From positions 1-56,645 of the forward strand of contig JAKLKB010000029.1 in NCBI GenBank assembly GCA_023150835.1: a stretch of 56,645 nt of DNA, written 5' to 3'. Made by a program: the position numbers and the translations under genes. The notes beneath the pieces were generated by a model, which was given only the letters and a program-made list of their open reading frames with translations, ran no database searches and was not told the origin of the DNA. Shown here one piece after another: positions 20,565 to 30,091 of this stretch (position 1 is the stretch's first letter; every line of letters begins with the position of its first letter). The stretch comes from Myxococcota bacterium. Its GTDB lineage: Bacteria; Myxococcota_C; UBA6777.

Positions 20565-21662
20565 ATGATCGCTTTTTTGTCTTCCGTGATTAAGATCATC
20601 CACATCCTCACTTGCTTGCTCCTCACCGTTGTCGTTCTCTTGCAAGCTGGACGCGGTGGCATGGGCGCCGCATTCGGTGGCGGCGGCGGCTCAAGCGTCT
20701 TCGGTGGAAGTGGCGCAGCGCCTTTTCTTACCCGATTCACCGCCGTCTTGGCGGGCATCTTTATGACCACCAGTATGTCCCTTGCATGGCTTGCAACTCG
20801 CGGCCCCGAATCCGAACTCGCCGCACGACAAGCCCGCGAAATCGTTAAAAAATCCGCTGAAAAAACCACCAAACTGGAAACCGACAACAAGCAACTTCTC
20901 CAACAAGCCCAAGAAGCCCTCGACGCCGCAAAAGGCTTGAAAATCGACAAAAAACAACAAGAAAAACTCGACAAAGCCCGCCGTCAAGCCCAAGAGATCA
21001 TCCAACTCTCCCAAAATATCACCAAAAAGATCACCGCCGTTCGCGCCAAACTCAGCCTCGCCAACCGCAAAGGCTCCGGTGAAGAAGCCGTCAACGCTGA
21101 CAAAGATCTCAAAACCGCCAAAAAACAATTCGACGGTGCCGACAAAGACCTCAAAGCTGCCCGACAAACCCTCACCGAACTCGGCGCAAAATTCAAAGCC
21201 CCCGCCAAACCCGAACCACGCCCCACCAAGCCCGTTGTTCGGCCCACTCAACCGACTCAACCCGCTGTCCGACTTACACAACCCGCTGTCCGACCTTCAC
21301 AACCCGCTGTCCGACCCACACAACCCGCTGTCCGACTTACACAACCCGCTGTCCGACCTTCACAACCCGCTGTCCGACCCACACAACCCGCTGTCCGACC
21401 CACACAACCCGCTGTCCGACCCACACAACCCGCTGTCCGACCTGCACAGCCCGCTGTCCGACCCACACAACCCGCTGTCCGACCTGCACAACCTGCTGTT
21501 CGCCCTGTACAGCCCGCTGTTCGCCCTGCACAGCCCGCTGTCCGACCTGCACAACCTGCTGTTCGCCCTGTACAGCCGACCCAACCGAGTGTGCGTACCG
21601 TACAACCCGCTGCGCCCACCTCTCGTCCAATCGCTCCTGCTTCTCGCCCAGCAGCACGTTAA
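20565..21662 (+). CDS. secG: preprotein translocase subunit SecG with long C-terminal extension
   Basis: Two TM helices around VLLQAGRGGMGAAFGGG...FG...FLTRFTAVLA; canonical position after tpiA. Confidence 0.9.
   Translation: MIAFLSSVIKIIHILTCLLLTVVVLLQAGRGGMGAAFGGGGGSSVFGGSGAAPFLTRFTAVLAGIFMTTSMSLAWLATRGPESELAARQAREIVKKSAEKTTKLETDNKQLLQQAQEALDAAKGLKIDKKQQEKLDKARRQAQEIIQLSQNITKKITAVRAKLSLANRKGSGEEAVNADKDLKTAKKQFDGADKDLKAARQTLTELGAKFKAPAKPEPRPTKPVVRPTQPTQPAVRLTQPAVRPSQPAVRPTQPAVRLTQPAVRPSQPAVRPTQPAVRPTQPAVRPTQPAVRPAQPAVRPTQPAVRPAQPAVRPVQPAVRPAQPAVRPAQPAVRPVQPTQPSVRTVQPAAPTSRPIAPASRPAAR
21258..21572 (+). repeat. 21-bp coding tandem repeat x15 (QPAVR(P/L)x) in secG
   Basis: CAACCCGCTGTCCGACCCACA-like units; 15 counted in the translation. 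Confidence 0.9.
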
Positions 21663-21788
21663 TCCCCACCGCTGCGCACTCTTCCTGCATCCGCCCCCCC
21701 CCCTCACCCAACGACAAACAAACCAATCCACACACGAAACCGTACAGCCCACAGCCGTTTGGTTTCCCTCACCCCTTAGAGAGCCCTC

Positions 21789-22856
21789 ATGCAATCCCCT
21801 TTTGAAGCCCAACTCCAAGAAGCCGCAACACTTTTTATCGCAGCCCTCGCCCAAGCCGAGATCGACGCCAAGCTCGATCCCCGATCTTGGCAAGAATACT
21901 CCGTAAAACTATCCGCACGCACAAAAGACCAAGGAATCGGTCTAATCAATCTCTACTTTAGTCCCAAACGTGCGGGCTTTACGATGCGTACCCATCAGAT
22001 TAATCAACCTCATCACGCTCAGCACATCGAACGCATCTGGACCGCTCTCGAATCGTCAGGCGACCTCCGCGCCGCCGCTGCCCTTCAAACCCCGCCCCAC
22101 CGCCACCAAGGTAACCTCTTTACCCCTCCGTTGATCGCTCCCCCTTCTCTCGCAACACACGCTCGCTCCGCCACATCCGCAACCGCAGTCTCTTCGCCCC
22201 CATCGGCCTCTTCGCCCCCATCGGTCTCTTCGCCCCCATCGGCCTCTTCGCCCCCATCGGTCTCTTCGCCCCCATCGGTCTCTTCGCCCCCATCGGTCTC
22301 TTCGCCCCCATCGGTCTCTTCGCCCCCATCGGCCTCTTCGGCTGCGAAACCCATTCTCAAGAAGCGCGAAGACGTCGATACATCGGGGATATCGGTGGTT
22401 CACCTCTACGTTGACGGCTCCTACATCGCAGGAAAGATCGGTTATGGTTGGGTCGCTCTCGATCCACAAGGGAACCATCTTTTCGATGAATTCGGGGCGA
22501 TCACCGATCCCGATCTTCGCCAACAAAGACAAGTCAGCGGAGAGTTGATCGCGACGCAACGCGGCCTGTTGTGGTGCATCGAACGTGGCATCCAGCACGC
22601 CGAGGTCTATTATGATTACGAAGGCGTCGCCAAATGGGTGACGGGAGCGTGGCAAGCCAAACAAAGCCTCACCCAGACCTACCGCGACTTTGTTCGCGCC
22701 TGCCCGATCAAGCTGCGCTGGCACAAAGTCGAAAGCCACACAGGCGTCCGATGGAATGAGTACGTCGATCAGCTCGCCAAAAAAGGCGCATACAACGGAC
22801 GTCCCACTCCCCTCGCCACCCTCGCTGATCTCTCCGCTCTGCGTATGCGCTCTTAA
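21789..22856 (+). CDS. ribonuclease HI-like protein with extra N-terminal domain and (SSPPSx)8 linker
   Basis: YVDGS, RQVSGEL, YYDYEG, W.KVESHTG..WNEYVDQLAK (DEDD catalytic residues); 18-bp repeat at 22191-22334. Confidence 0.85.
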   Translation: MQSPFEAQLQEAATLFIAALAQAEIDAKLDPRSWQEYSVKLSARTKDQGIGLINLYFSPKRAGFTMRTHQINQPHHAQHIERIWTALESSGDLRAAAALQTPPHRHQGNLFTPPLIAPPSLATHARSATSATAVSSPPSASSPPSVSSPPSASSPPSVSSPPSVSSPPSVSSPPSVSSPPSASSAAKPILKKREDVDTSGISVVHLYVDGSYIAGKIGYGWVALDPQGNHLFDEFGAITDPDLRQQRQVSGELIATQRGLLWCIERGIQHAEVYYDYEGVAKWVTGAWQAKQSLTQTYRDFVRACPIKLRWHKVESHTGVRWNEYVDQLAKKGAYNGRPTPLATLADLSALRMRS

Positions 22857-22876
22857 CTCCCCTTGATGTGGCCCGC

Positions 22877-25048
22877 TCAGGGTTCTTGGCCCGGGTGATA
22901 AGCACGAGCCTGATGCTTTTCGAGCGTGGCGCGGTCGCGATAAACAGGCTTGAGGGTGCGTTGCGTAAAAGCCTTGGCTTGGTCGGCATAATGGGAGCTT
23001 TGGGGTCGGTTCACGTTTCCGTACTGGTGGCGTGAAAACGAACGGACACCTTGGGGGGTGAACTCTACGATCAAGATGTAAGAATCTCCCTTGTAGCCGA
23101 TGAATTTTCCGCGTGAAAGCCGCGTATACACCGAAGTGATCGTATCCGCCCCCCCATCGACCGGAAGATCGGTACTTCCGCGCCGTAGCCGTTGAAGTCG
23201 GCCCAGCGGGACATCGATCCGCCCGTAGCGCCGAGACAAAAAGGCCACAGCCGCACGATACGCCTCAGCAGGAGTACGAGGCTCACCCCTCCGACCTTTG
23301 CGTGAAGGTTCAACAAGCGGATGTTGTGTAAGCAAAGCAAGCGTAGCAGCGGGGCTTTGAAGTTCGGCTTTGCCATCCCATGCTTTGAGCAACGCCAAGC
23401 CTTTGCTTTCAGCGGGTGTTTGGGGCCGATAGCTCCGAAACAACGGATCGAGAACATCGCGATACAAAGGAGAGCGTTTGTCGTACACACGATCAAACTT
23501 CATCGCAAGAAAGTCTGCACGTGTGAGCTTTTTTGGGGGGGCAAGCAACGCCAACGAACGGAGGGAGCGGTTGTTTTGGTGCTGTTCGATGCCTGCTTCT
23601 TTGGGAAACCGCTTGGGATCGGGGTTGGCGGCCCCAAGGGTCGCCTGAAAAGGCGTGGCATTGCAGTTTTGAACAAACCCCGCAGGAGGGTTATGCACTT
23701 GTGGAAGCCGCTCCCACGGGAGATATGCTTTCCAGATCAGGTCGCTGCGATCTCCCGGCAAGATGGTTTTGTAGTCCCATCCGGGCTTTCGCTGAGGGAT
23801 CAGCGCATTGTAGACATAAAAGATGTTGTCTTTGTCGGCATATCCCGTGTTAAACATCGGGAGAGCGTGGATCCGCATCGCCTGTTTCCATTCGTTGAGA
23901 TCGCGGGCTTTGTTCATCCGAAACCATTGCTCCACCGCAAAGATCGCACGATCGATCCCCGCATAACGGATAGCGTAATCTCCGTGAGGCGTACGAAAGA
24001 CAGGGCCATGCTGGCTTTGATAAGTGGTCATCTTGTACGGAAGCACAAAAAATCCCGTATCAACGGGGATCGATATCTCTTTGCTTTGCAGCGTCTTCCA
24101 CGCACCGTCCAGTTTGTAGCGCTGTGGATCGGTCGGATGTTTGGCGAGTTTGTAGACATCGATCAGATCGGGGAAATTATTGGTATGCGCCCACCCGAGA
24201 TGATCATTGTGTCCGTGCAAGATCAACGGTGCGCCCGGAAACGTCCCTCCTAACATATTCCAGCCTTCTTTCGAGGAGATATGCGCTTCGTACCACGCCA
24301 CAGGGCCTTCCCACGGCTGATGGGAGTTGATATTCAGCCGCGTCGTTCCATCGACAAAACGGTCTTTGTGGACGGCATGGAGATTGGAGCCTGTGATCGC
24401 GAAATGGACGGGCCATCGGGCGGCAAGGCGCTGAGAAGGCAGACGTTGCGAAAACACGGGCTGCCCGACCTGTTTGGGGGTGGCTTGATTGAGCTCGCCG
24501 AGAACGCGAGGCAGATCGAACATCAGCGGGATCTTATGAACAAATCCCGCCGCGATATCTTCTCCGCGTACGGGAAACAGCCGACCATCGGCTTCGTGCG
24601 GATGCAAGGCGGCGTAGAAGTTGAAGCCTTGAGCATACCCTTCGAGAACAGCGCGGGTGGCAGGATGCAGCTTGGGATACAGGCGCTTGACTTGCTCGTG
24701 AACGCCGATCAATCCGACATAAAAATCATTCCCCACCGCCATCTTTGAAAGCCGCAACAAGCTCAATCGCCCCGTCGCTGCCGCAAGAACAAGCTGTGTT
24801 GTCGGAAAGTCGTCTTGCGCATGAGCGTAAGCAAGGCCAAACGCAGCGTCGGCATCGCTTTCACCAAAGATATGCGGAACCCCCGAATCATCGCGGAGGA
24901 TCGTGACACGTTTGGCTTGTTGAAGCATCGCTGCGGTGGGTGGGGGTGGTTTGGGAAGCGTCAGCTTTCGCAAACCATACCAAAGAGGGATCGACAAAAA
25001 CAAGGCAAGCAAAACAAGCGGCCAACGGCGGCGTTTTTGAGAGAGCAT
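22877..25048 (-). CDS. penicillin acylase family (Ntn hydrolase, S45) protein
   Basis: ILRDDSGVPHIFG, AYAHAQD, G|SN autoproteolysis site, INSHQPW, GWAHTNN, QNCN, HYADQA. Confidence 0.92.
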   Translation of the reverse strand: MLSQKRRRWPLVLLALFLSIPLWYGLRKLTLPKPPPPTAAMLQQAKRVTILRDDSGVPHIFGESDADAAFGLAYAHAQDDFPTTQLVLAAATGRLSLLRLSKMAVGNDFYVGLIGVHEQVKRLYPKLHPATRAVLEGYAQGFNFYAALHPHEADGRLFPVRGEDIAAGFVHKIPLMFDLPRVLGELNQATPKQVGQPVFSQRLPSQRLAARWPVHFAITGSNLHAVHKDRFVDGTTRLNINSHQPWEGPVAWYEAHISSKEGWNMLGGTFPGAPLILHGHNDHLGWAHTNNFPDLIDVYKLAKHPTDPQRYKLDGAWKTLQSKEISIPVDTGFFVLPYKMTTYQSQHGPVFRTPHGDYAIRYAGIDRAIFAVEQWFRMNKARDLNEWKQAMRIHALPMFNTGYADKDNIFYVYNALIPQRKPGWDYKTILPGDRSDLIWKAYLPWERLPQVHNPPAGFVQNCNATPFQATLGAANPDPKRFPKEAGIEQHQNNRSLRSLALLAPPKKLTRADFLAMKFDRVYDKRSPLYRDVLDPLFRSYRPQTPAESKGLALLKAWDGKAELQSPAATLALLTQHPLVEPSRKGRRGEPRTPAEAYRAAVAFLSRRYGRIDVPLGRLQRLRRGSTDLPVDGGADTITSVYTRLSRGKFIGYKGDSYILIVEFTPQGVRSFSRHQYGNVNRPQSSHYADQAKAFTQRTLKPVYRDRATLEKHQARAYHPGQEP

Positions 25049-25127
25049 ACCATCCTCGTTGTGGCGGGGGTTTTGAAAAACAACATCGCAGAAGCGTGTT
25101 GTGTACGCGCTTTTCGTGTATACAGGA

Positions 25128-25294
25128 TAGGACTTACGCAGTAGCCAAAAAAGCCGTGTTTGCGGACGTTCACGCGAGAGCGTCGCTGGTTTGAAAAACA
25201 GTGCTCGTTTCGCCAATACGGGGTCAAGGAGCGACAGTCTAGGGTGGGTTTTGGGGTGAACCCCCACGAAAACGACCCAACTGCGTAAGTCCTA
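25128..25294 (+). mobile_element. MITE-like element family B, copy 2 (best preserved ends)
   Basis: Perfect 15-bp inverted termini TAGGACTTACGCAGT (25128-25142) and ACTGCGTAAGTCCTA (25280-25294). Confidence 0.7.
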
Positions 25295-25330
25295 ACAGGA
25301 TTTGCGCGGTTGACAAGAGCCACGTTCGCG

Positions 25331-25465
25331 AACCGCCCGCGCCTGAACCCGTTGTCGGGGCGGTTCCCCAACCGCCCGCGCCTGAACCCGTTGTCGGGGC
25401 GGTTCCCCAACCGCCCGCGCCTGAACCCGTTGTCGGGGCGGTTCCCCAACCGCCCGCGCCTGAAC
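25331..25465. repeat. 39-bp REP-like tandem repeat (about 3.5 copies)
   Basis: Identical units AACCGCCCGCGCCTGAACCCGTTGTCGGGGCGGTTCCCC; hairpin GGGCGGTT-CCCC-AACCGCCC across junctions. Confidence 0.85.
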
Positions 25466-25530
25466 ATGGGCCTTTTTCGTATCGGTATGACATCTCCGTT
25501 TCTTTTCTTCACCCGATGCCCGTGGGCTGA

Positions 25531-25669
25531 TACGAAATCTGCCCATGCCAGAGACCCCCCGACCGATGGGCTTTACAGACGAAGTGTCCGAGTATTCGCC
25601 ATGTGTGGCTGCCCAAAAACAGAGCGTCTACAGCGGATCGCACCTGCCTTTCTTCTCTCGGATATGGTA
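25531..25669 (-). mobile_element. MITE-like element family A, copy 4
   Basis: TACGAAATCTG...GTGGCTGCCCAAAAACAGAGCGTCTACAGCGGATCGCA...CTCGGATATGGTA. Confidence 0.55.
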
Positions 25670-25714
25670 CTCGTCGTGGAAGAAAGATCATCAGCGAAAC
25701 AGACGGAGGCAAGG

Positions 25715-26404
25715 ATGGGATGGAAAGATGGAATCGCACGAACGACCTATTTGACGTTGCGTGCGGAAGTGGTGGCGGCTCGATGGATTGGGATGTCGAT
25801 GTTGAGTACAAGCCGCAGCTTTGGGCTGTATCGGCGGATCTTTTTTGAAGGGCGCACTGCGCAAGAAGTCTTGAACACGGTGCGCAACGAAGTCGTGGTG
25901 GATATCGGATGCGGATTCACACCGTACTTTAGCGATTCGATGTTTCAGACCTGTGAGGCCGAAGGGATCGCCTTTTACGGCGTGGATCCTGTATTGGCGG
26001 AAGGGATGCGCTCGCCTTGGTATTCTCGAACGGTTGCGCACCTCGCGGGAAGTTTTGGGCGCTACCTCCAGCATCCCCCGGGCCAAGAGCGGATGTTGGG
26101 GGTGTATGCCGATGCGATCCCTTTGGAGACGGCGTGTGTGGATCGGATCTTGGCGAGTATGTCGCTGTTTATTTGGGTGGACGATGAAGAGGTGTTGGCG
26201 GGGATCTTTACGGAGTTTGCGCGGCTATTGCGCGTGGGGGGACAAGTACACATCTATCCCCACCCACCTTGGAAACATCTCTCTTGCAAAAATCCTCGGC
26301 TGCAACAGGCGCTTGACACCTTTGACATCGCGCAAACCTTCGTGATCACAGGCAACCCTGTCGCGGCTCCACCCGCCTACCGCACGATCTTCACCAAGCG
26401 ATAA
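25715..26404 (+). CDS. class I SAM-dependent methyltransferase
   Basis: GGAGG RBS; VVDIGCG, YGVDP, IPLETACVDRI, EFARLLRVGG. Confidence 0.8.
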   Translation: MGWKDGIARTTYLTLRAEVVAARWIGMSMLSTSRSFGLYRRIFFEGRTAQEVLNTVRNEVVVDIGCGFTPYFSDSMFQTCEAEGIAFYGVDPVLAEGMRSPWYSRTVAHLAGSFGRYLQHPPGQERMLGVYADAIPLETACVDRILASMSLFIWVDDEEVLAGIFTEFARLLRVGGQVHIYPHPPWKHLSCKNPRLQQALDTFDIAQTFVITGNPVAAPPAYRTIFTKR

Positions 26405-26450
26405 CGCCAACAGGCTTCGGATGCGACAACATGGACCCGCGTTCGGATAG

Positions 26451-26599
26451 ATATTGTGGGATGCCACCTCGTGCGCCCCACCACGAACTCGGCTCCTTTG
26501 CCCCACGCTTGGCGAAAAGAACTCTGCTTTTCATACCCACCACTCTGCCGCTTCAAGCGGCGCGAACACGAGGAGTTTTCGTCCACTGCGTCGCTTCTA
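26451..26599 (-). mobile_element. MITE-like element family B, copy 3
   Basis: Shares ACTCTGCCGCTTCAAGCGGCGCGAACACG exactly with copy 1; degenerate terminus ACTGCGTCGCTTCTA overlaps the REase stop codon. Confidence 0.55.
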
Positions 26600-27377
26600 T
26601 CTTTCTTTCCACGCAACACTCCCACACGGTGCTTTCTTGAACAAAGAACGCCACAAGTGTTCTTTCTCTGGCGGAGCGCCGATCTTCACGATTTCGATAA
26701 AGCCTTTTGACGTGAGATCATCAGGATTATCGGTTATAGGACCCGCGTAAAAGGTAAAATCACTTAGCTCGATGATCGGTGATGTCGATTCTTTTTCCAA
26801 CTCACCGTACCCGAACGCAAGAATATTCACCTCATTAGAATGTTGGGCAGTGTATTTCGACAGGTCCAACGCAGTAGTCGACGAGATGTACTGAGCAAGG
26901 AGATCTTGAAGAAGCCAGATCGTTTTCCCATTCCAAGCAAGGCCCACTTGGGATTTGGCGATCAATTGGCTAACCATCCGCGCCCATACTTGGCGATAAT
27001 TGATTCCGGGTCCGTTATGAGTTTCGGGGGAAATCACAGCATCCTCACAAGCCATCGCGATCTGAGTCCGTTTCTTTTTGTCTCCTCCTGACGTACTCGA
27101 TGTCATGATTTCGACAATAACGATCGGATCCGAAGGAAAATCGTCAACCCAAAGCTCTCCCTCTCGGGATGCTAAAGTGTACTGATTCTTTTCCGCAATT
27201 TTTTGAGCAGCACGAAGTCCTTGCCCGATGATCTCGGCAACTTCAGAGAGTTTTTTCCGAACCAGCAATAACGTAATCAAATGTGTAGTCAAAGGACTTT
27301 GCCTCATCCTCGTCAGCGGAGGCTTCGGCACTCCAGCAATCAAGGCGATATCCGTACAACTCAAAGATTTTGCTCAT
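26597..27377 (-). pseudogene. putative type II restriction endonuclease, frameshifted
   Basis: ATG 27377 overlapping the MTase end gives MSKIFELYGYRLD...FDYTFDYVIAGSEKTL* (stop 27243-27245). A second frame continues RKKLSEVA...IVIVEIMTSSTSGG...PGINYRQVWARMVSQL..K (NotI-like by my recollection). Lies directly downstream of an m5C MTase. Confidence 0.6.
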
Positions 27378-28482
27378 CTAAAAACCCTTTAATCTGGAGC
27401 GCCAGAACGTTTGCTATGGGGGGGGGGACAGAATTAGCAATTTGCCTGTGCTGATCCAAATTCGGAACGGATCCTGTCCTTGATCGGATGGGTCCCTTCA
27501 AGATGTAGCTGTCAGGATAACCATGTATTCGCATATATTCTCTGGGTGTCAAGTATCGATCTTCGGTCGGATGATAAAATATTTCTCCACATCGCAATGT
27601 GTTTGATGGACGTTTTCGGTGAAGGCGCAGATATTTGGTTGTGTCTTTTGGAGACAAACCGCAGCGAAGATCCTCTCCGAGATGGCTTTGGGCTGCCAAA
27701 TAAGAGCCTTCAGGGACTTGAGCAATCCGCTCACGATCTCGTGGTGGAGTAACATCCACGTGACTATCCGCTCGATCATAAACAGTTTTTCCTTTTATTT
27801 TTGAATCTGGTTCTGATAGCCCGTTTAAGACTTCACCTATCCCAAGATACGGTTTGTACGAAAATAGCCCGTTGCATTCCTCGACAGGCGCGTGAGTTCT
27901 TTCTGGAAAAGAAAATCCATTGCCCCCCCTCGTAGCGATCACAAAAAGCCGCTCCCTTAGCTGAGGAACACCATAGTCGGCTGCCACAATTACGCGCCAT
28001 TTGGGTGTGTAATAGATTGCTTCCAGTTCTCTCAAGAATATTTCGAATGTCTCGCCTCGTCTATTGCCCTCGCCCTTTGAAGAAAGCAACCCTTTCACCT
28101 GCTCGATAAAAATTACTTTTGGCTGTAATTCTTTTGCAAACCGAACGATCTCGAAAAGAAGTCGCCCTCTATCATCTTCCAAACCACGCTGCTTACCTGC
28201 CAAAGAAAAAGACTGACAAGGCGGACCACCAAAAAGTAAATCTAGCTCGCCACTTTTTAATATAAACTCGTCTGATAGCTGTTCAGGAGCGATCGTTTGT
28301 ATATCGGCGTGGATGATTTTTGTGTTGTATTTGTGGATTTCTGCGTTGGCCGCTAATGTGGCACAACAATGTGGATCAAATTCAATCTCTGCAAGGATAT
28401 CGAAGCCTGCATCCCGCACACCGATATCCATACCGCCCGCCCCTGAAAAGAGGCTGATGGCTTTTCGCTTCTGGCTCTTCAA
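27361..28482 (-). CDS. DNA (cytosine-5)-methyltransferase
   Basis: Motifs I FSGAGG, IV GPPCQSFS, VI EQV (variant of ENV), VIII QLRERLF, IX RYLTPREYMRIHGYPD, X QIANSVPP. Confidence 0.95.
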   Translation of the reverse strand: MKSQKRKAISLFSGAGGMDIGVRDAGFDILAEIEFDPHCCATLAANAEIHKYNTKIIHADIQTIAPEQLSDEFILKSGELDLLFGGPPCQSFSLAGKQRGLEDDRGRLLFEIVRFAKELQPKVIFIEQVKGLLSSKGEGNRRGETFEIFLRELEAIYYTPKWRVIVAADYGVPQLRERLFVIATRGGNGFSFPERTHAPVEECNGLFSYKPYLGIGEVLNGLSEPDSKIKGKTVYDRADSHVDVTPPRDRERIAQVPEGSYLAAQSHLGEDLRCGLSPKDTTKYLRLHRKRPSNTLRCGEIFYHPTEDRYLTPREYMRIHGYPDSYILKGPIRSRTGSVPNLDQHRQIANSVPPPIANVLALQIKGFLDEQNL

Positions 28483-28665
28483 AACTTGGCTCCATCAAGG
28501 CTTTTATTTCGCGCAGGGGACGATATCCTTGGTAGTCTCCATTTGAGAATGTGCCCTCCGATTGGATATCACTACACGGAGATCAGGAATAACCGAGGAG
28601 ATCGACAGCGTCAAGGATGCCCTCTGTGATTCGTCGTTAGGCCAATGGGGGGGAATCAACGATCA

Positions 28666-28796
28666 GAAAAGCAAGTAGCAGCTACTCGTCGCGTTGGATG
28701 GCAGGCCAAGGCCCGGGGCGGAGGGGTGGTTTACGAGGGCAGCGGCGATGGCGGGTGCGACAGGCTTTGGCTGCGATCTACAAAAGCGCCGACGCA
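28666..28796 (-). pseudogene. duplicated 3' end of the M23 peptidase gene (direct repeat of 30692-30823)
   Basis: About 131 bp with roughly 12 differences counted by eye, including a 1-nt indel; encodes ...ACRTRHRRCPRKPPLRPGPWPAIQRDE*. Confidence 0.85.
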
Positions 28797-28855
28797 ACAA
28801 ACAAATACACGCAGCAGACGCCCATCGACTGTTTTGAGTAGGACAACAGACACCC

Positions 28856-30091
28856 TCAATCCGAACGCAATGCCTTGATACTTTGATCGATTTTTTGGGC
28901 GATCTGTTTGATACGCTTTTTAGAAATCCCAATCAACGCAGCCGCTTTTTTCCATCCTTGTGTTGCGTCGCACACTTCTTCGATCATCTGTTCCGTTTCT
29001 ATTTGGGGGATCGACAAGCGCTTCGCCAAAGACAAAACATGCTGTTTGCGGGGCATTTTGCCTTCACCCTCAACAGACATACTATGTTCTCCACCCGGGC
29101 CTTCTGCAAACGTCAGATCAAACGCAGGAGCCAGTCGCCATTCTCCTTCCACGAGCCGAAAAACAAAGTTTTTCACATGATCATCGCGATTGTATGTCGC
29201 GATATTAAAAATCATCCGACGAAAACCTTGTACGACATCATGATAATTCTTCGTTAAAATCTGTACAACTTCAAGAAATTGTCCATAATCGCAAGAAGGC
29301 ACACGAAAATTCGAATGGATCAGGTTGCCAAAGCTGTGGACGTGGAATTTTGTATTGGCCTGTCGATCGAATCGCTCGATCCCAAAAAAACGCTCCCCTT
29401 CTTTGGTTTCAAATAACCGCGTATGTGGGATCGCTATGCCCGCAGATTCGGCCATTAGAGCGTATACCCGTTCGACGGCGCCACTTTCTTGATCGTCTGT
29501 TTTTCCGTGAAACTTAATCAACCAATGCCGATACCCCTCAGGTAGATCGTCTTCACCAGAAAGGATGGAGTCTTCTTTGATGCCGACGAGGATTTTGGGC
29601 CTTGCTCCCCCGGGGCTTCCGCCCAAACGAAAAAGTTCGGGCAAAAGTTCCGTTGTATTCCCCTGCCATATCTGCCTCGCCTCGTTGGAAAGGTGGTGAA
29701 GATCCAACACCGTCTGATTTGAAACGTTGTTTTCTGTGGGAGGAAAATAGGCCAATGCTCCCATCGTGCGGCACCCAAGGTACGCCAAACGCTCCAGAAC
29801 CGATACCGAAGAAGGTAAAATTCCTTTGCCTTTGAGATAGCGATCCATCAGCAACAACCCCCAACCGTCCGGCAAAGAATCGTCAAACAACCCAAACATC
29901 GGACCAAATCCGAAATCTTTGTGTTGGAAAACGCCTGCTCGTAGGGGAAGCTTGAACGGAGACAACCAAAGCCCGCTTTGGAGAAAAAGCGGATCGTACT
30001 CGAAAAAAATACCTCGCTTTTCTTCTACCAACACACCCACCGACTGAAACGTCTCAGGGCCGCGATGCAAGCGCACTTCCAGCTTTTTCAT
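28856..30091 (-). CDS. hipA: HipA-family kinase toxin
   Basis: N-terminal FEY...LSPFKLP...FDDSLPDGWG; SPGGARPK, LIKF, IERFDR, NRDDHVKNF, LAPAFD. Confidence 0.93.
   Translation of the reverse strand: MKKLEVRLHRGPETFQSVGVLVEEKRGIFFEYDPLFLQSGLWLSPFKLPLRAGVFQHKDFGFGPMFGLFDDSLPDGWGLLLMDRYLKGKGILPSSVSVLERLAYLGCRTMGALAYFPPTENNVSNQTVLDLHHLSNEARQIWQGNTTELLPELFRLGGSPGGARPKILVGIKEDSILSGEDDLPEGYRHWLIKFHGKTDDQESGAVERVYALMAESAGIAIPHTRLFETKEGERFFGIERFDRQANTKFHVHSFGNLIHSNFRVPSCDYGQFLEVVQILTKNYHDVVQGFRRMIFNIATYNRDDHVKNFVFRLVEGEWRLAPAFDLTFAEGPGGEHSMSVEGEGKMPRKQHVLSLAKRLSIPQIETEQMIEEVCDATQGWKKAAALIGISKKRIKQIAQKIDQSIKALRSD

Noticed and set aside
21663..21788. tRNA-Leu commonly found after secG
   Set aside because: No cloverleaf or T-loop GTTCRA motif is visible.
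25331..25465. Mini-CRISPR or N-terminal coding repeat of the 25310 ORF
   Set aside because: Units are contiguous without spacers; the methyltransferase has a better RBS-supported start at 25715.
27265..27364. ORF-track N-terminus MSCTDIALIAG... of the REase
   Set aside because: An alternative frame from ATG 27377 is translationally coupled to the MTase and looks more protein-like; treated as a frameshift.
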